A stretch of DNA of 64,000 nucleotides, from the IMG/VR virus record IMGVR_UViG_3300028840_008185, positions 1 through 64,000 of that record; one strand, 5' to 3'. Of the stretch, positions 51,918-64,000 are shown piece by piece. The notes under the pieces were generated by a model, which ran no database searches, was not told where the DNA came from, and saw only the letters and a list, made by a program, of their open reading frames with translations. Position 1 is the stretch's first letter. Each line of letters opens with the position of its first letter. Made by a program: the position numbers and the translations under genes.

Positions 51918-52328
51918 TTACACATTTTCTAGGAGCCTTGCTATTTCCATATGGCCATTTTCTTTGGCCATCTGATATGCTTCACCGCTTTTTACAGCGC
52001 CGTGCTTCAACAGCGTTCTTACTGTGTCCATATGTCCAAACTCAGCAGCCCAGACAATCGCACAGTCTTGAGCAGCATGAACATCTGCTCCAGCTTCCAG
52101 GAGAGTTTTTACCACCTTGTTGTGGCCATATAGGGATGCATAGCGCAGGGCATATCCAGCACGCTGATTAACATCTACTTCACCAGCCAGTTCTTTAATA
52201 GCAACATCCAGCCCAGTATGAGCAGCAAGACGAAACATCGCGTCTTTATCACCCATATCAAAATCTCTTCCATTCAGGGCATAGAACTCTTCTAACTGTT
52301 TATCAGATTCATAATGATTTCCACACAT
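51918..52328 (-). CDS. ankyrin-repeat protein
   Basis: ALRYASLYGH..VVK.LLEAGADV repeats. Confidence 0.85.
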   Translation of the reverse strand: MCGNHYESDKQLEEFYALNGRDFDMGDKDAMFRLAAHTGLDVAIKELAGEVDVNQRAGYALRYASLYGHNKVVKTLLEAGADVHAAQDCAIVWAAEFGHMDTVRTLLKHGAVKSGEAYQMAKENGHMEIARLLENV

Positions 52329-52840
52329 TTTTGTACACTCTGTTCCTTTGTCTTTAAGACCAAATCTGGGCTTTTAGGTTTTTCATATGGAGCATCCACT
52401 CCCGTAAGCCCTTTTATTACTCCAGCTTTATGTTTGGCATACAGACCCTTCGGGTCTCGTTTCGCACATTCTTCCACGGGACAGTCCAGATAAACTTCAA
52501 TGAATGGAACTTTAGCTGATTGCCTTGCCTCATCACGCATCTCCACATACGGAGATATGAAGGCACAAATAACAACCGCGCCCAAGTCAGCCAAGATGTT
52601 GGCGACCTCATAGGCGCGGCGTATGTTTTCATTTCTGTCTTCTTCGCTTAGACCAAGGTTAGAATTGAGCCCACTCCTTAGAACATCTCCGTCGAGAACA
52701 TAGCTCAAGATGCCTTCGTGATGTAAATATTCATCGAGCGCTCGGGCTATGGTTGTCTTACCAGAACCACTCAACCCCGTGATCCAAATGATTTTGCTTT
52801 TTTGTCCAACAAGATCTTCGCGTTCTTCCCGCTTTATCAT
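52292..52840 (-). CDS. cysC: adenylyl-sulfate kinase
   Basis: WITGLSGSGKTT, LDGD.LR.GL, DR.ENIRR, ISPY, RDPKGLY, TGVDAPYE.P. Confidence 0.95.
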   Translation of the reverse strand: MIKREEREDLVGQKSKIIWITGLSGSGKTTIARALDEYLHHEGILSYVLDGDVLRSGLNSNLGLSEEDRNENIRRAYEVANILADLGAVVICAFISPYVEMRDEARQSAKVPFIEVYLDCPVEECAKRDPKGLYAKHKAGVIKGLTGVDAPYEKPKSPDLVLKTKEQSVQKCVEIIMNLINS

Positions 52841-52993
52841 TTATTTTTCGCCCAACTGTCTAATTTTCTTAAGAGCAACCTTACCGAGTTCCCACAAAAA
52901 TACACCTGCGGGAAGACCTACAAGCAAACCCCAAAGAAAGCTCATTTAAACACCTCCATTAAATATCTATAATAATGGAAGAATATTGATAGA

Positions 52994-53296
52994 TCAGCCT
53001 GCTCTCCCTCTGTTCCTACTATCCTTAGCCCTTTTGGCTTTCTGGACTGCGCCAAAAGGTCTTCTCTTAACCCACTTTATATACTTAACAAATCTCTCAT
53101 CAGCCATTATAGCTTCGTAAGTATTGATTTCCGTTTCCAATAGTTTGTTGCTGAACAGAGCATGTAGCTGGCGGTGACAGTCTCTACAAATGCCCACCGT
53201 ATCCAAGCCACCACGACTTCGCGGAACTAAGTGATGTTCTGTAAGTTCCGGCACTTCTCTTTCACACAACGGACAAACCTTATCATCATTAGTCAT
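52994..53296 (-). CDS. HNH-like protein (YisB-like)
   Basis: CPLCER...TEHHLVPRSRGG...CRDCHRQLH. Confidence 0.8.
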   Translation of the reverse strand: MTNDDKVCPLCEREVPELTEHHLVPRSRGGLDTVGICRDCHRQLHALFSNKLLETEINTYEAIMADERFVKYIKWVKRRPFGAVQKAKRAKDSRNRGRAG

Positions 53297-53930
53297 GGCC
53301 AATCGCATCAAGCTGTCTCTCAACACCCTGCTTACTTCTGTAGGCAAGATAAGCAACCAAACCAGAAATCATAGCCAACCATATAGCGCCGTTCATTAGC
53401 GAAAGTATAAGGCCACAACCAGCAAGAACATAAGACACTATAGCTGAGACGTTGATCGCCTTTCTGTATCCAACAAAAGAAGCAAGGACGCCATTTAGGA
53501 TCCTGCCACCGTCCATAGGATAGGCGGGAATGAGATTGAAGAAACAAATGGCTATATTAAATACAAGGAACATTACAACATAATAGTTTGCGGTAAAAAG
53601 AAAGAAGGGTAGTGTAAAGGTCGCCAGGAAAAAGGAAGCTACTGGCCCAGCAATCCCCATCCATGCTTCCTTTTGAGGCTCCGCAAGGTTCATCTTTCCA
53701 AGCACCGCTAAGCCGCCAAACGCATGAACCAGAACATACTTCGGCTCGATGCCCTGCCTTATGGCTTCATAGACGTGCCCATACTCATGGAATAGTAGGC
53801 AAGCCAAAAGCATTACCCAATAAAGGAGTCCAACGGAGCCAAGATTGAGCACAAATAAAAGCGGCAGAATGAGCGCAGACCAGTGAAGTCTTAATGGAAC
53901 TTTGAATGTTTGTTTCAAAAGATTAATCAT
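53289..53930 (-). CDS. M50 site-2 intramembrane protease
   Basis: HEYGH, AGP and FNLIPAYPMDGG. Confidence 0.93.
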   Translation of the reverse strand: MINLLKQTFKVPLRLHWSALILPLLFVLNLGSVGLLYWVMLLACLLFHEYGHVYEAIRQGIEPKYVLVHAFGGLAVLGKMNLAEPQKEAWMGIAGPVASFFLATFTLPFFLFTANYYVVMFLVFNIAICFFNLIPAYPMDGGRILNGVLASFVGYRKAINVSAIVSYVLAGCGLILSLMNGAIWLAMISGLVAYLAYRSKQGVERQLDAIGHD

Positions 53931-54849
53931 CTTCCTTCTCTTTCTTCTGTTCTTCGTAGCCATCTGCTTCCATGATCATAGCGGGGACATCGAGCTGTTT
54001 AACCACAGCAAACAGCGCGGTTTTCTTTCCACTTACATCCGCGCCCGAAGCGAAGTTATGGCCGCCACCACCGAGTATCGTAGCTATGGCAGCAAGATTG
54101 CCGCTTTCTTTCAGGTGCTTATTAGAGGTTCTCAACCTTGCCTTGTGATTTCCATCAACAAGACAGACATTCTCGGAGTATCTAAACAAGGTGTCCATAA
54201 TCTCCGACACAACCACAGGATCTTTCTCGTCAACTTCAGCGATAAGAAAGCCGTTCCTACACTTGTGTAGCTTGGCATTTTTGAGACCTATAAGAGCCTG
54301 CATATATCGAGTTGGCCTAATTGAAGATAGAATTTCCTCTGCTCTTTCATCTCCCACTTTTAGTTTCTTTGCAACAGTTAGAACTTCGTTCCAAGAGCGC
54401 ATAAAGAAAGTGTCCGTGTATAGGCCAACCAATAGCACATCGTCTATAATACCGAAATCTAAAACGAGTGCGGCTGCTACTGAACATCTATCCAGGACAT
54501 AGATCTTCTTCCTGGTGCTGTGATCTTCTTTGCGCGTAATATGATGATCGATATTAATAATGGGGGCACCAACCTCAAAACCTATTCGGTCTGCTGTGGG
54601 CGCACAGTCTAAAACTATAGTTTGTTCCACCCAATCGGGAATGTCTTCAACCAAATCGCACTCGGGCAAAATCCAAGCCAAGTGCTCGGGAGCAGAGCCC
54701 GCAACTTTAGCTACAGCCTTTTTACCATTGGCATGCAGATAATTTATTACGGCTTTAATTGAAGACAAAGAATCCCCATCGGGATCCACATGGCCGACAA
54801 CCAGAGAATCCTTAATGGGGAGTTTGTATTTAGACATGACTTTCTCCAA
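53923..54849 (-). CDS. DHH family phosphoesterase (NrnA-like)
   Basis: H..PDGDS, LD, IDHH, TDT and GGGH..ASG. Confidence 0.9.
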   Translation of the reverse strand: MEKVMSKYKLPIKDSLVVGHVDPDGDSLSSIKAVINYLHANGKKAVAKVAGSAPEHLAWILPECDLVEDIPDWVEQTIVLDCAPTADRIGFEVGAPIINIDHHITRKEDHSTRKKIYVLDRCSVAAALVLDFGIIDDVLLVGLYTDTFFMRSWNEVLTVAKKLKVGDERAEEILSSIRPTRYMQALIGLKNAKLHKCRNGFLIAEVDEKDPVVVSEIMDTLFRYSENVCLVDGNHKARLRTSNKHLKESGNLAAIATILGGGGHNFASGADVSGKKTALFAVVKQLDVPAMIMEADGYEEQKKEKEDD

Positions 54850-54856
54850 TACAGAC

Positions 54857-55132
54857 TTAGGCTTGGCTAAGGAGCGCTCTAACTTGAGCTAGAGAGGCTC
54901 TTCCAGTAAGCCTGTCCACCACCTCTTCCCCTTTAACCAAGATAAGGGTGGGAATTGATCTGACTTTATATTCTCTTGCAGAATCGGGATCTTCATCAAC
55001 ATTCACATCCACCAACTCTATATCTATTCCATCTACAGCAGCTTCAACTGTTGGCTTCATAGCTGTGCAAGGGACGCACCAGGGTGCCCAGAACTTAAGC
55101 AATTTGGCCTTTCCGTTGCCGTTTTTATTCAT
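54857..55132 (-). CDS. thioredoxin
   Basis: FWAPWCVPC and VRSIPTL. Confidence 0.92.
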   Translation of the reverse strand: MNKNGNGKAKLLKFWAPWCVPCTAMKPTVEAAVDGIDIELVDVNVDEDPDSAREYKVRSIPTLILVKGEEVVDRLTGRASLAQVRALLSQA

Positions 55133-55517
55133 TATTTTCGCCTCCGCAAAAAACAAATACACACTTATTATCTAATTATTGATAGAATTAGAACCTTTAT
55201 TTCACCAATAAAATCAGGACTTTGTGTCTTCTTTGCTTGTGTAGGTTTTTCCTATACTCGGTATTGGTTCTTTGCCTCTTCTTTCTAACCTTGGTATATC
55301 TTTTTTATAGCGTTGCTTCTTACTTCTTCTACTTTTGAACTTGCCCTCACCTCTCAGCGGACACTTTTCGCACTCGTTCATGTCTCTATCTTCTGAGCAC
55401 ACTGGGCACTCAGCGAATACTAGTCCATGATGCCAGAGCACATAGGGAGATTCTGGGCAGTAGAACTTTGATTTTCTTGTGGCCATTCTTGGTCTTCGGC
55501 TACTAGCCGACTTTTTC

Positions 55518-56027
55518 TTATCTTTTGCCATGACATTTCTTCCATTTTTTCCCGCTGCCGCAGGGACATTTATCATTCCTCTTAATCTTACCCTTACCAG
55601 CCACGCGATCAGTGATTAGCATATTCTCCAGGTGATCAATCTCATGCTGTATAGCTATAGCAGCAAGGCCCGTAGCAATGAAACCAGCGGGATGAAGATC
55701 ATCTTTTACGAACACCTCTCTGTATCTATTCGTATTTATTTGTTTACCAGGCATACTCAGGCAACCTTCGCCCTTATGGATGAAGCTGCCCCATTGATCC
55801 ACCATAACAGGATTCACAAGATCCAGATTCTCGTCATCATCATTTTCGTGTTTGATTCTGACAATGGCAACCTTCTTGTTTATTCCTATCTGGTTTGCAG
55901 CAAGGCCAATTCCAGGCGCCTTAGACTCGACAAGCTCTCTTTCTAATTTCTTAATTATTTCTTGAGCTTCCTCTGCCGACGCCTTTTCGTTTTTCTTTCG
56001 TAGTTCGGAAGTGTCTGTGATTATCAT
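55518..56027 (-). CDS. def: peptide deformylase with C-terminal SEC-C motif
   Basis: GIGLAANQ, EGCLS, QHEIDHL; RND.CPCGSGKKWKKCH. Confidence 0.95.
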   Translation of the reverse strand: MIITDTSELRKKNEKASAEEAQEIIKKLERELVESKAPGIGLAANQIGINKKVAIVRIKHENDDDENLDLVNPVMVDQWGSFIHKGEGCLSMPGKQINTNRYREVFVKDDLHPAGFIATGLAAIAIQHEIDHLENMLITDRVAGKGKIKRNDKCPCGSGKKWKKCHGKR

Positions 56028-56545
56028 TTTTCCTCATTTTGGGGGTTCAACAGCAGCACGATGGATCTGCCATCGCTCTTAGCAGTATCGTAAATAGCAT
56101 AGCTGGCCGTAACTAAATCAAGAAATCTTTCGAGTAGCGCCTTACCAGTTTCATACATATGCGCTTGCTCCCTCCCCTTGAACTTCACAACCAACTTCAC
56201 TTTATTTCCGGCTTTAAGAAATTTATCAACTTGTTTGGCCCGATATGTTAGGTCATTAGTTCCGGTAGTAGGGCGAAAGTTAATTTCTTTCATGACTTTC
56301 TTATGATGCGTGTTTTTCTTAATCTTTTTGGTTTGCTCGTATTTCCACTTGCCGTAGTCCATAATGCGACAAACAGAGCCGCTTTTTCCTTGATTTACTT
56401 CAACCAAGTCAAGGTCGGCATCTTCGGCCATCTTCAACGCATCTCTAATAGGAACGCTTCCTAGGTTATTTCCGTCTTGGTCAATTAGAAGAACTTGTGA
56501 AGCACGAATATTCTGGTTAATACAAGCACCTACATTGTCTCTCAT
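56024..56545 (-). CDS. infC: translation initiation factor IF-3
   Basis: IN..IR...V.LID..G.NLG, LDLVEV, CRIMDYGK.KY, FL..G.KVK....F.GRE. Confidence 0.95.
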   Translation of the reverse strand: MRDNVGACINQNIRASQVLLIDQDGNNLGSVPIRDALKMAEDADLDLVEVNQGKSGSVCRIMDYGKWKYEQTKKIKKNTHHKKVMKEINFRPTTGTNDLTYRAKQVDKFLKAGNKVKLVVKFKGREQAHMYETGKALLERFLDLVTASYAIYDTAKSDGRSIVLLLNPQNEEK

Positions 56546-57516
56546 TACTTATTTTTCCTCCGGGCACATAAGATTGATTGTTTGACTGGCAATTATAGAG
56601 GGCGGGGTAGAATAGACATCATTGTTTCTATTCTGAACAACTTGTCTGAAATGAGTCTCCAATAGATTTTTTGGATCTTCACACATATGCTTTGCCCGCC
56701 TAATTAATTCGGGAGAATACTTTGTGTTTGGTGGATTGGTAAACACACGGAACCCACCCATTTCTGTTTGACCTGGATAGAACATCACTTCTCTGTCTAT
56801 ACCATTCTCTTTTATTTTCCAACAAAGTCGCTCGTGTGTTCTGGAACTTAGAAGTAGGAATCCTATGATAAAACTATTCTTATTTACTCTTTTAATTCCT
56901 GGAATCAAATAGAACGGGAAGATATTATGTCTGGGAGCACTGAATACAATTTCTCTTTGTGTATTGTTGAAAGAGGCCGCGAACTTAAACGGGGAGCCAA
57001 CCGGTCTGAATGTAGTAATATTATTCGTATCAAGCATGATAAGTTCTGGCTTCCCTACATTTATCGGCTTTTCCTTGGGGGCAGATTTACGAGGTGGCTC
57101 AACACCAATCTGCTCAATCTCTTCATCTCCAAAGATATTCTTAAGGCCCTCTTCTACATCACTTAGCTCGGCTCTCTTGCGAGCAATAACACGATTTCTT
57201 TCAATAACAAACACAAGAGGCCTCTTGAAAAAGACCGTTTTCTTGAGAATGCCGGCAGGGATTCTTATACGGCCACCACTAACCAAAGTAAGCCCGGCGG
57301 TATTCAATCCCTCATCATTAGCATATACGCACACCCCTATATCTTCAATAGTTATATATGCTTTATTAATTCTTTCCCAGCCCATTGCGTGAACTACAAA
57401 CTGCGGAATCTCTACGCGCCCATCTGCTTTTGGAAAAACGCTGACTCCACAGTTGTGTATCTTAACGCCTAATCTTGCTGCTTCTTTCGTATATTCGTTC
57501 ATTCTCTCTCCCTACG

Positions 57517-57548
57517 AAAAAAGCCCGACCCTTAGCGAGTCGGGCTTT
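57517..57548. terminator. intrinsic terminator after groEL
   Basis: AAAGCCCGAC/GTCGGGCTTT hairpin with A/T tracts. Confidence 0.8.
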
Positions 57549-57567
57549 AGATATGTAAGCAACAAGC

Positions 57568-59245
<1,678 letters not shown>

Positions 59246-59469
59246 GTGTTTTTTATCTTGGAGCAAAAGAAACTTCAGCTTTCCACATGTCGGGAGGATC
59301 TCTGTAGTAAGATATTGAATCTACTTTATATCTTGTGGTCTCATCGCCACTGAGAAGGATGAGATAATCTCCATCCCTGATTCCGTGGCCCCAACCCATC
59401 ATCCTGCCGTAGAGACCACCAGCGATTGGCTCAAAGGTATAGTCATGGCCCCAATATCTTTCGGTATAG

Positions 59470-59976
59470 TCATGCGTCTTTCTCTTCAATGATCCCTCGC
59501 TTCCATGCGATTTTTCTGAAGATAAAGCGGTCCTTAACTTTGTGAATAATTTCCCAACCTTGGAATAAATTGCAGACAGCATCGGTGGTATATTTATACG
59601 CTTTCTTCGCGGGATAAAGTTCCACGAATAAATAACAACCAGGGGCAGCCATCCTTTCTATCTCACTAGCAAGATGAGCCTTTTCTGGTTTGTTCAAAAA
59701 ACACAACACATAATTACACAAAATCAAACCCACACTTCTATCAAAAACCGGAACTTTTTCTTTTCCCAAATCCACTTGGAATCCAAAGTCTCCAGCTTTA
59801 TCAAACGGACTTATCTTCTTAAATCCAAGTTCCTTCAAATAGTTAGTATTCCTGAGATTCCCGCAGCCCAAATCAACCGCTAAGACATCTCTGGAGATGT
59901 CGAGATCGGGAAGATGCTTCCTCAGATAAGGCGTAGCTCTCTTCCCGTCTCCACATCTAATTGGCTTAAAAGCCAT
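59470..59976 (-). CDS. class I SAM-dependent methyltransferase
   Basis: VDLGCGN.RN motif I; LILCNYVL.FL. Confidence 0.8.
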   Translation of the reverse strand: MAFKPIRCGDGKRATPYLRKHLPDLDISRDVLAVDLGCGNLRNTNYLKELGFKKISPFDKAGDFGFQVDLGKEKVPVFDRSVGLILCNYVLCFLNKPEKAHLASEIERMAAPGCYLFVELYPAKKAYKYTTDAVCNLFQGWEIIHKVKDRFIFRKIAWKRGIIEEKDA

Positions 59977-59987
59977 TTATTCTCCTT

Positions 59988-61118
59988 TTAGAAACAAAAG
60001 GTTGAGGTTGGGGCAGGCGGCGGAGCTGGATGGTTCGCACACTCAACCTCAATCCTATCAGCAAAACGACTCAGCTTTCTGGAGAGTCCATAAGTAACTC
60101 GCCAGCCAGCATTCACGGAAGCCATCTTGGTCAAGCGAAGTCGCCCGTCGCTATTAATATACATGGTTCCCACAACATTTTCGCCCTGAACCACACTGGT
60201 CTTCATGATAATTTTGTCTCTATTAAGAATGGCATAGACGGCATTACCAGCAGTCCAACCCATGCGCGGAACCCAACCAGCAGGAACTTCCACACGACCT
60301 TCATATGTAGTCTCTCGATCAGCAGTGTCCAGCAGCCCATCATTACTGGTAGGTGCGGCAACAGGAGTGGTATTCACAACCCTCGGTGCTGAAGCAGTCA
60401 CATCGCTACTGGAAGGCATATCCTGCTTCGCTGCAAGCGCATTGTCAAAGGCCTTCTGAGCATCGCTCTTATTTGCCAAGGCACTGTCGAAAGCCTGTTG
60501 GGCATCGTCGGGATCTGGATCAAATTTTACGGGAGAATAGTCATCGTCATCCGCATCGGCAGCAGGAGCGGGAGTAGCAACCGGAATAATAGCAATCTGG
60601 TTCAGCTTATCATAAGAGTCCGGATCTACTGACTGATGATGATACAAGAAAGCGTTAGTCGTTTGTCCGTTATTCAAGGTAACGGAAATCAAAGTTCTCG
60701 AATAACCAAAGAAATCAAGCTCGCCGTCCATATAGGCCTGACGAACAACCGGAGCAATTTGCCTGTGGCGAGTATCTGCGAACCCTTCCTGCTTCACTCT
60801 GTTGCTTACATCCAAGCTAGTAAAAGACACCACGTCATCGCAAAGATCGCTAATTACATCCAATACCTTCGTTTTCAAATCCATTTCTTCCTCCTCTTTC
60901 TCTTTTGTGAAAAAGTCTCCATAACCGTCAAATAGGTTATGCTTAATGCAAAAATTATCAAAGCTGTTTGGCTTAAATACTATATCTTGCCAGTCTGGAA
61001 GGCCATAGCCATCCAAGTCTTTGTAGTCTTTTTCCGCAACTAGGGGCTCATCTTTTCCAAAAACCTTATCCCAATTCTCCTTGTATTTCCTTGATGTGTA
61101 AAATATCTTTATCGTCAT
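59988..61118 (-). CDS. hypothetical protein with low-complexity linker and short DA..AFD.ALA.K duplication
   Basis: long ORF with RBS; no family recognised. Confidence 0.6.
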   Translation of the reverse strand: MTIKIFYTSRKYKENWDKVFGKDEPLVAEKDYKDLDGYGLPDWQDIVFKPNSFDNFCIKHNLFDGYGDFFTKEKEEEEMDLKTKVLDVISDLCDDVVSFTSLDVSNRVKQEGFADTRHRQIAPVVRQAYMDGELDFFGYSRTLISVTLNNGQTTNAFLYHHQSVDPDSYDKLNQIAIIPVATPAPAADADDDDYSPVKFDPDPDDAQQAFDSALANKSDAQKAFDNALAAKQDMPSSSDVTASAPRVVNTTPVAAPTSNDGLLDTADRETTYEGRVEVPAGWVPRMGWTAGNAVYAILNRDKIIMKTSVVQGENVVGTMYINSDGRLRLTKMASVNAGWRVTYGLSRKLSRFADRIEVECANHPAPPPAPTSTFCF

Positions 61119-61413
61119 GGGTTCATACTCCCGACATTCACCACCCTTTTAGACATAAGGGAATCGCTCCCATTTGGATGCTCAATGGTGACTAAATCTA
61201 CTTCTACTGTTTGCGTCATTACATTACCATTAATATCAAACTGAACAAGCCCGCTATTATCAAAGACAATCTGTTCAGCCTCAAGACTTACAAGATTAAT
61301 CTTGATAATTCCTCTCATCATGTCCCCATTTTTATCGTAGCCTTTAATCCTAAGACCAAAAGGATTTTGATCGGCCATCAATATAATGGATGTATCTTGG
61401 TCTGTTATTACCA

Positions 61414-62916
61414 TTACATATTCGCCTGAAACTCCACAATATATCTAAGCCTATGTTGCTGGCCTGGGCCAGAAGAGGCATAGGTCATATTTTCGGAGTT
61501 GTAAAGGCCACCATATCCTCGGTTGCTAGGAACAGCATAAACACTATGCGTGCCCCTCGGAGGCTCTCTAAAGAACTGAGAGCTGGTGACGATATGTGGC
61601 TTGCCTACAATCACATCTTCCAAAAACATAAAGACTCTATCGTTCTGGGTCTTTCCAGACCAGAAAGCTCCTCTACACCCACAATAATTCATGGACTTAG
61701 AACTACTCTCGGCGTGATAGAGCGCATCACCAAACATCGACCCAGTATGAACGGCGCCAGATGGCCTGATCAAGAGACCTCTTGAAATGATGCCCACCAT
61801 GTTCTGGGGACGCGTCCCGTGCCAAAGTGGCCACACATTAGCTTGCGTAAAGAGTTTCCGTTCGTCAGTTTGTAGATCAGGGCGTTGTAGTGTGGTGAAT
61901 CTTGGCTTCTCGCCCTTACCCTTAACCTGTCTCGCAACTCTAGTGAGCGTATCGTTGAAATGATCACTTTCCTTATTCCTCTCAAGACTAAAGATATTGT
62001 AGAGCTTTATCTTTCCTAAGAACTGGTGGTTGGATGCGCGAGTCTCAAACAACAGCTTCGTAATCCACTGCCCAGTCGGGCTCTTGGGATCTATCCAGTC
62101 TAATTCCGCATTCAATTTCTTATACTGGTCATCAATAGCACTTCCCTTACCTAGCACAGATGCAACATTTTTGGCGTCCAAGAAGGTGTCCAAAGTGTCA
62201 TGTTTCTCCATGATCTTGTCTATGGTATCCAACCTTAGGGATGCCGGGTCAATCTTGTGTGGAAGCACATGAGGAATAAGGCTATAGAACTGACTGGTTA
62301 GTTGGTCATATTCGCTGGAACCAGACTTAGTTTTGGCATTAACTCTGGATTTACAATCATCCAGAACCGCTCGTCCCTTATCAATCTGCTCTTTCGTCAA
62401 TTGTCCAAGGGGACACTTCAGCGTCATTGTGATAAACTGGCCGGTTGTCCCAAACCAACCAGACACCATGCGGACCACTTCTGGGTGCAAAGATGAGCTG
62501 CCATCAGCTTGCTTGATCTTTCCCTTAACTTTAAGCCCCGTCATGGGCTTCTTGATTTCCTTGGCTCCCTGTGAGCCAACATCCGTAATAGCCAGATCCA
62601 CTTCTCTATAGGGATTTCTCTTTCTGTCCCTTTTCTTTCTAACTAGCGACTCATAGTCGCTTATACAGGCTGATTCGGATTGATAGTATCTGTGTTCCGT
62701 CGTGGGATTTTTGGCTCCAACTCTTCCATACATCGTCATGATTCTGGCCTTACCGTTTGCAGCAACCTGAATCTCAGCATGATAGAACTTGTTATTGTTC
62801 TTTGCAACGTCGGTGCAATTCCCTTCCCACCTTTTCGTGACCTTGAAAGTAGATGGAAAGTTGGGCTGCTTGGCATCGCCAGCCTTCCAAGCCTTCACCT
62901 TCATAGATGCGCCCAT
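61414..62916 (-). CDS. PARP-like ADP-ribosyltransferase (WGR-like + regulatory + catalytic domains)
   Basis: NNNKFY...YGRVG; PLGQL...LTSQFYSLIPH; LWHGT, GSMFG.ALY.A..SSKS.NY, E, RLRYIVEF. Confidence 0.9.
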   Translation of the reverse strand: MGASMKVKAWKAGDAKQPNFPSTFKVTKRWEGNCTDVAKNNNKFYHAEIQVAANGKARIMTMYGRVGAKNPTTEHRYYQSESACISDYESLVRKKRDRKRNPYREVDLAITDVGSQGAKEIKKPMTGLKVKGKIKQADGSSSLHPEVVRMVSGWFGTTGQFITMTLKCPLGQLTKEQIDKGRAVLDDCKSRVNAKTKSGSSEYDQLTSQFYSLIPHVLPHKIDPASLRLDTIDKIMEKHDTLDTFLDAKNVASVLGKGSAIDDQYKKLNAELDWIDPKSPTGQWITKLLFETRASNHQFLGKIKLYNIFSLERNKESDHFNDTLTRVARQVKGKGEKPRFTTLQRPDLQTDERKLFTQANVWPLWHGTRPQNMVGIISRGLLIRPSGAVHTGSMFGDALYHAESSSKSMNYCGCRGAFWSGKTQNDRVFMFLEDVIVGKPHIVTSSQFFREPPRGTHSVYAVPSNRGYGGLYNSENMTYASSGPGQQHRLRYIVEFQANM

Positions 62917-63211
62917 AGCTCCTCCTATACTAACGCTTTCAAAAATTCAATGTGAGCCTCAAGTCTCTCATGTCTTCTGCTGCCGGGAGCAATTCCCTGT
63001 AGCTTATCAATAGGCTCTTTCTTTTTACCCTTCAATTTCCACCGCTTCTTACCCTCGTTGAACCTAGCTAGCAGCTTATTAAGTTTCTTCTCGCACCTGC
63101 GAATCTCCGTTTTAATTCTGCGAATTCTGTTGCTGGCCTCATTGCGAATCTTCAGCTTGCCAGAACTAGACTTGCCCTTCGTCTTTCCTGCTACCATTGT
63201 TTCCCTCCAAT

Positions 63212-63245
63212 AAAAAAGGATACACCAACATCGGTGTATCCTTTT
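63212..63245. terminator. bidirectional intrinsic terminator
   Basis: AAAAGGATACACC/GGTGTATCCTTTT. Confidence 0.8.
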
Positions 63246-63270
63246 AAGGTTTGTATGTATTCGTTTTAGA

Positions 63271-63942
63271 TTATAGGAATTTCCTTATCTCTTCTAAGCC
63301 GACTGCGTAGTTTCCACCTGGAATCAGCATCGAGGAAAAAACCGACATTCTAAGATAAGAGATGCTGTCTACAACACCAACCAGCTCCCCTCTCTCATTG
63401 AACACGCCGCCGCCAGAATTTCCAAAGAATACATCGGCGGTGAATCTGTAAGTCAAGCGTTTGGGCTTTTCCTCCCAAACAAAATTGCTTAGGTTGCCCT
63501 TGGTCACTGTAGATTTAACGCTCATCGGAGTTCCAATGGCCCACACAGTATCTCCTATGTTAGGAGATTTTGTCGCCACTCTAACGTATGGGCCATCGCT
63601 TACCTCTTTCGCATAACCCATTAGTAAGGCTAAATCCTTTTTCTCATCTAACTTAACCACCTTCATCGGTTTGATGGCGCTACTATAGGTAAAAGTAATG
63701 TGTATGGCCTTCTTTCTTTTCTGCATGCTTTTTATCACATGGGCGGAAGTTATTACCATCATATAATCGCCACCCTTGTTCCAAATAATCGTTCCACTGC
63801 CGGAAGATTTTCCGACATTGTTAGTAACGGAAACGCTCGAAAAATACATATCTTCAATTTTTTGATTTACGAAACCAGAACGATTAAAGGTGTAGCAGCT
63901 AGCTAAGAATAGGCAAAGAATAAGTGCTAAGATTTTTTTCAT
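63271..63942 (-). CDS. trypsin-like serine protease, probable lipoprotein
   Basis: TSAH, DLALL, GNSGG triad; LASC lipobox. Confidence 0.9.
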   Translation of the reverse strand: MKKILALILCLFLASCYTFNRSGFVNQKIEDMYFSSVSVTNNVGKSSGSGTIIWNKGGDYMMVITSAHVIKSMQKRKKAIHITFTYSSAIKPMKVVKLDEKKDLALLMGYAKEVSDGPYVRVATKSPNIGDTVWAIGTPMSVKSTVTKGNLSNFVWEEKPKRLTYRFTADVFFGNSGGGVFNERGELVGVVDSISYLRMSVFSSMLIPGGNYAVGLEEIRKFL

Positions 63943-64000
63943 AGATTTTTAAAGAAACCCTCCTTATCGATTCTCTTAATCCATCGAGCAGCGAATCTGT

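Overview
This window looks like part of a huge (jumbo) bacteriophage genome. Nearly all genes are on the minus strand, most are short hypothetical ORFs with GAAAGGAG-type ribosome binding sites, and there is no rRNA or ribosomal-protein operon. Positions ~470-49500 form a dispersed RNA-gene region. It holds about 43 tRNAs covering all 20 amino acids, several with atypical folds, and an RNase P RNA whose P3 helix carries a complete 59-codon ORF. It also encodes RtcB, a Ro60/TROVE (Rsr) protein, and eight copies of a Y-RNA-like scaffold (CAAGGUCCAG...GAUACUUC-[cargo]-...UUCCUGG). Six of the eight carry tRNA-derived cargo opened at different positions, including an essentially perfect D-loop-permuted tRNA with an amber (CUA) anticodon. 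The right end carries host-like genes: purA, cysC, site-2 protease, DHH phosphoesterase, thioredoxin, def-SEC-C, infC, groEL, a WGR-PARP and a serine protease. All calls were made by eye from the sequence and known family motifs; no searches were run, and RNA ends are approximate by a few nt.
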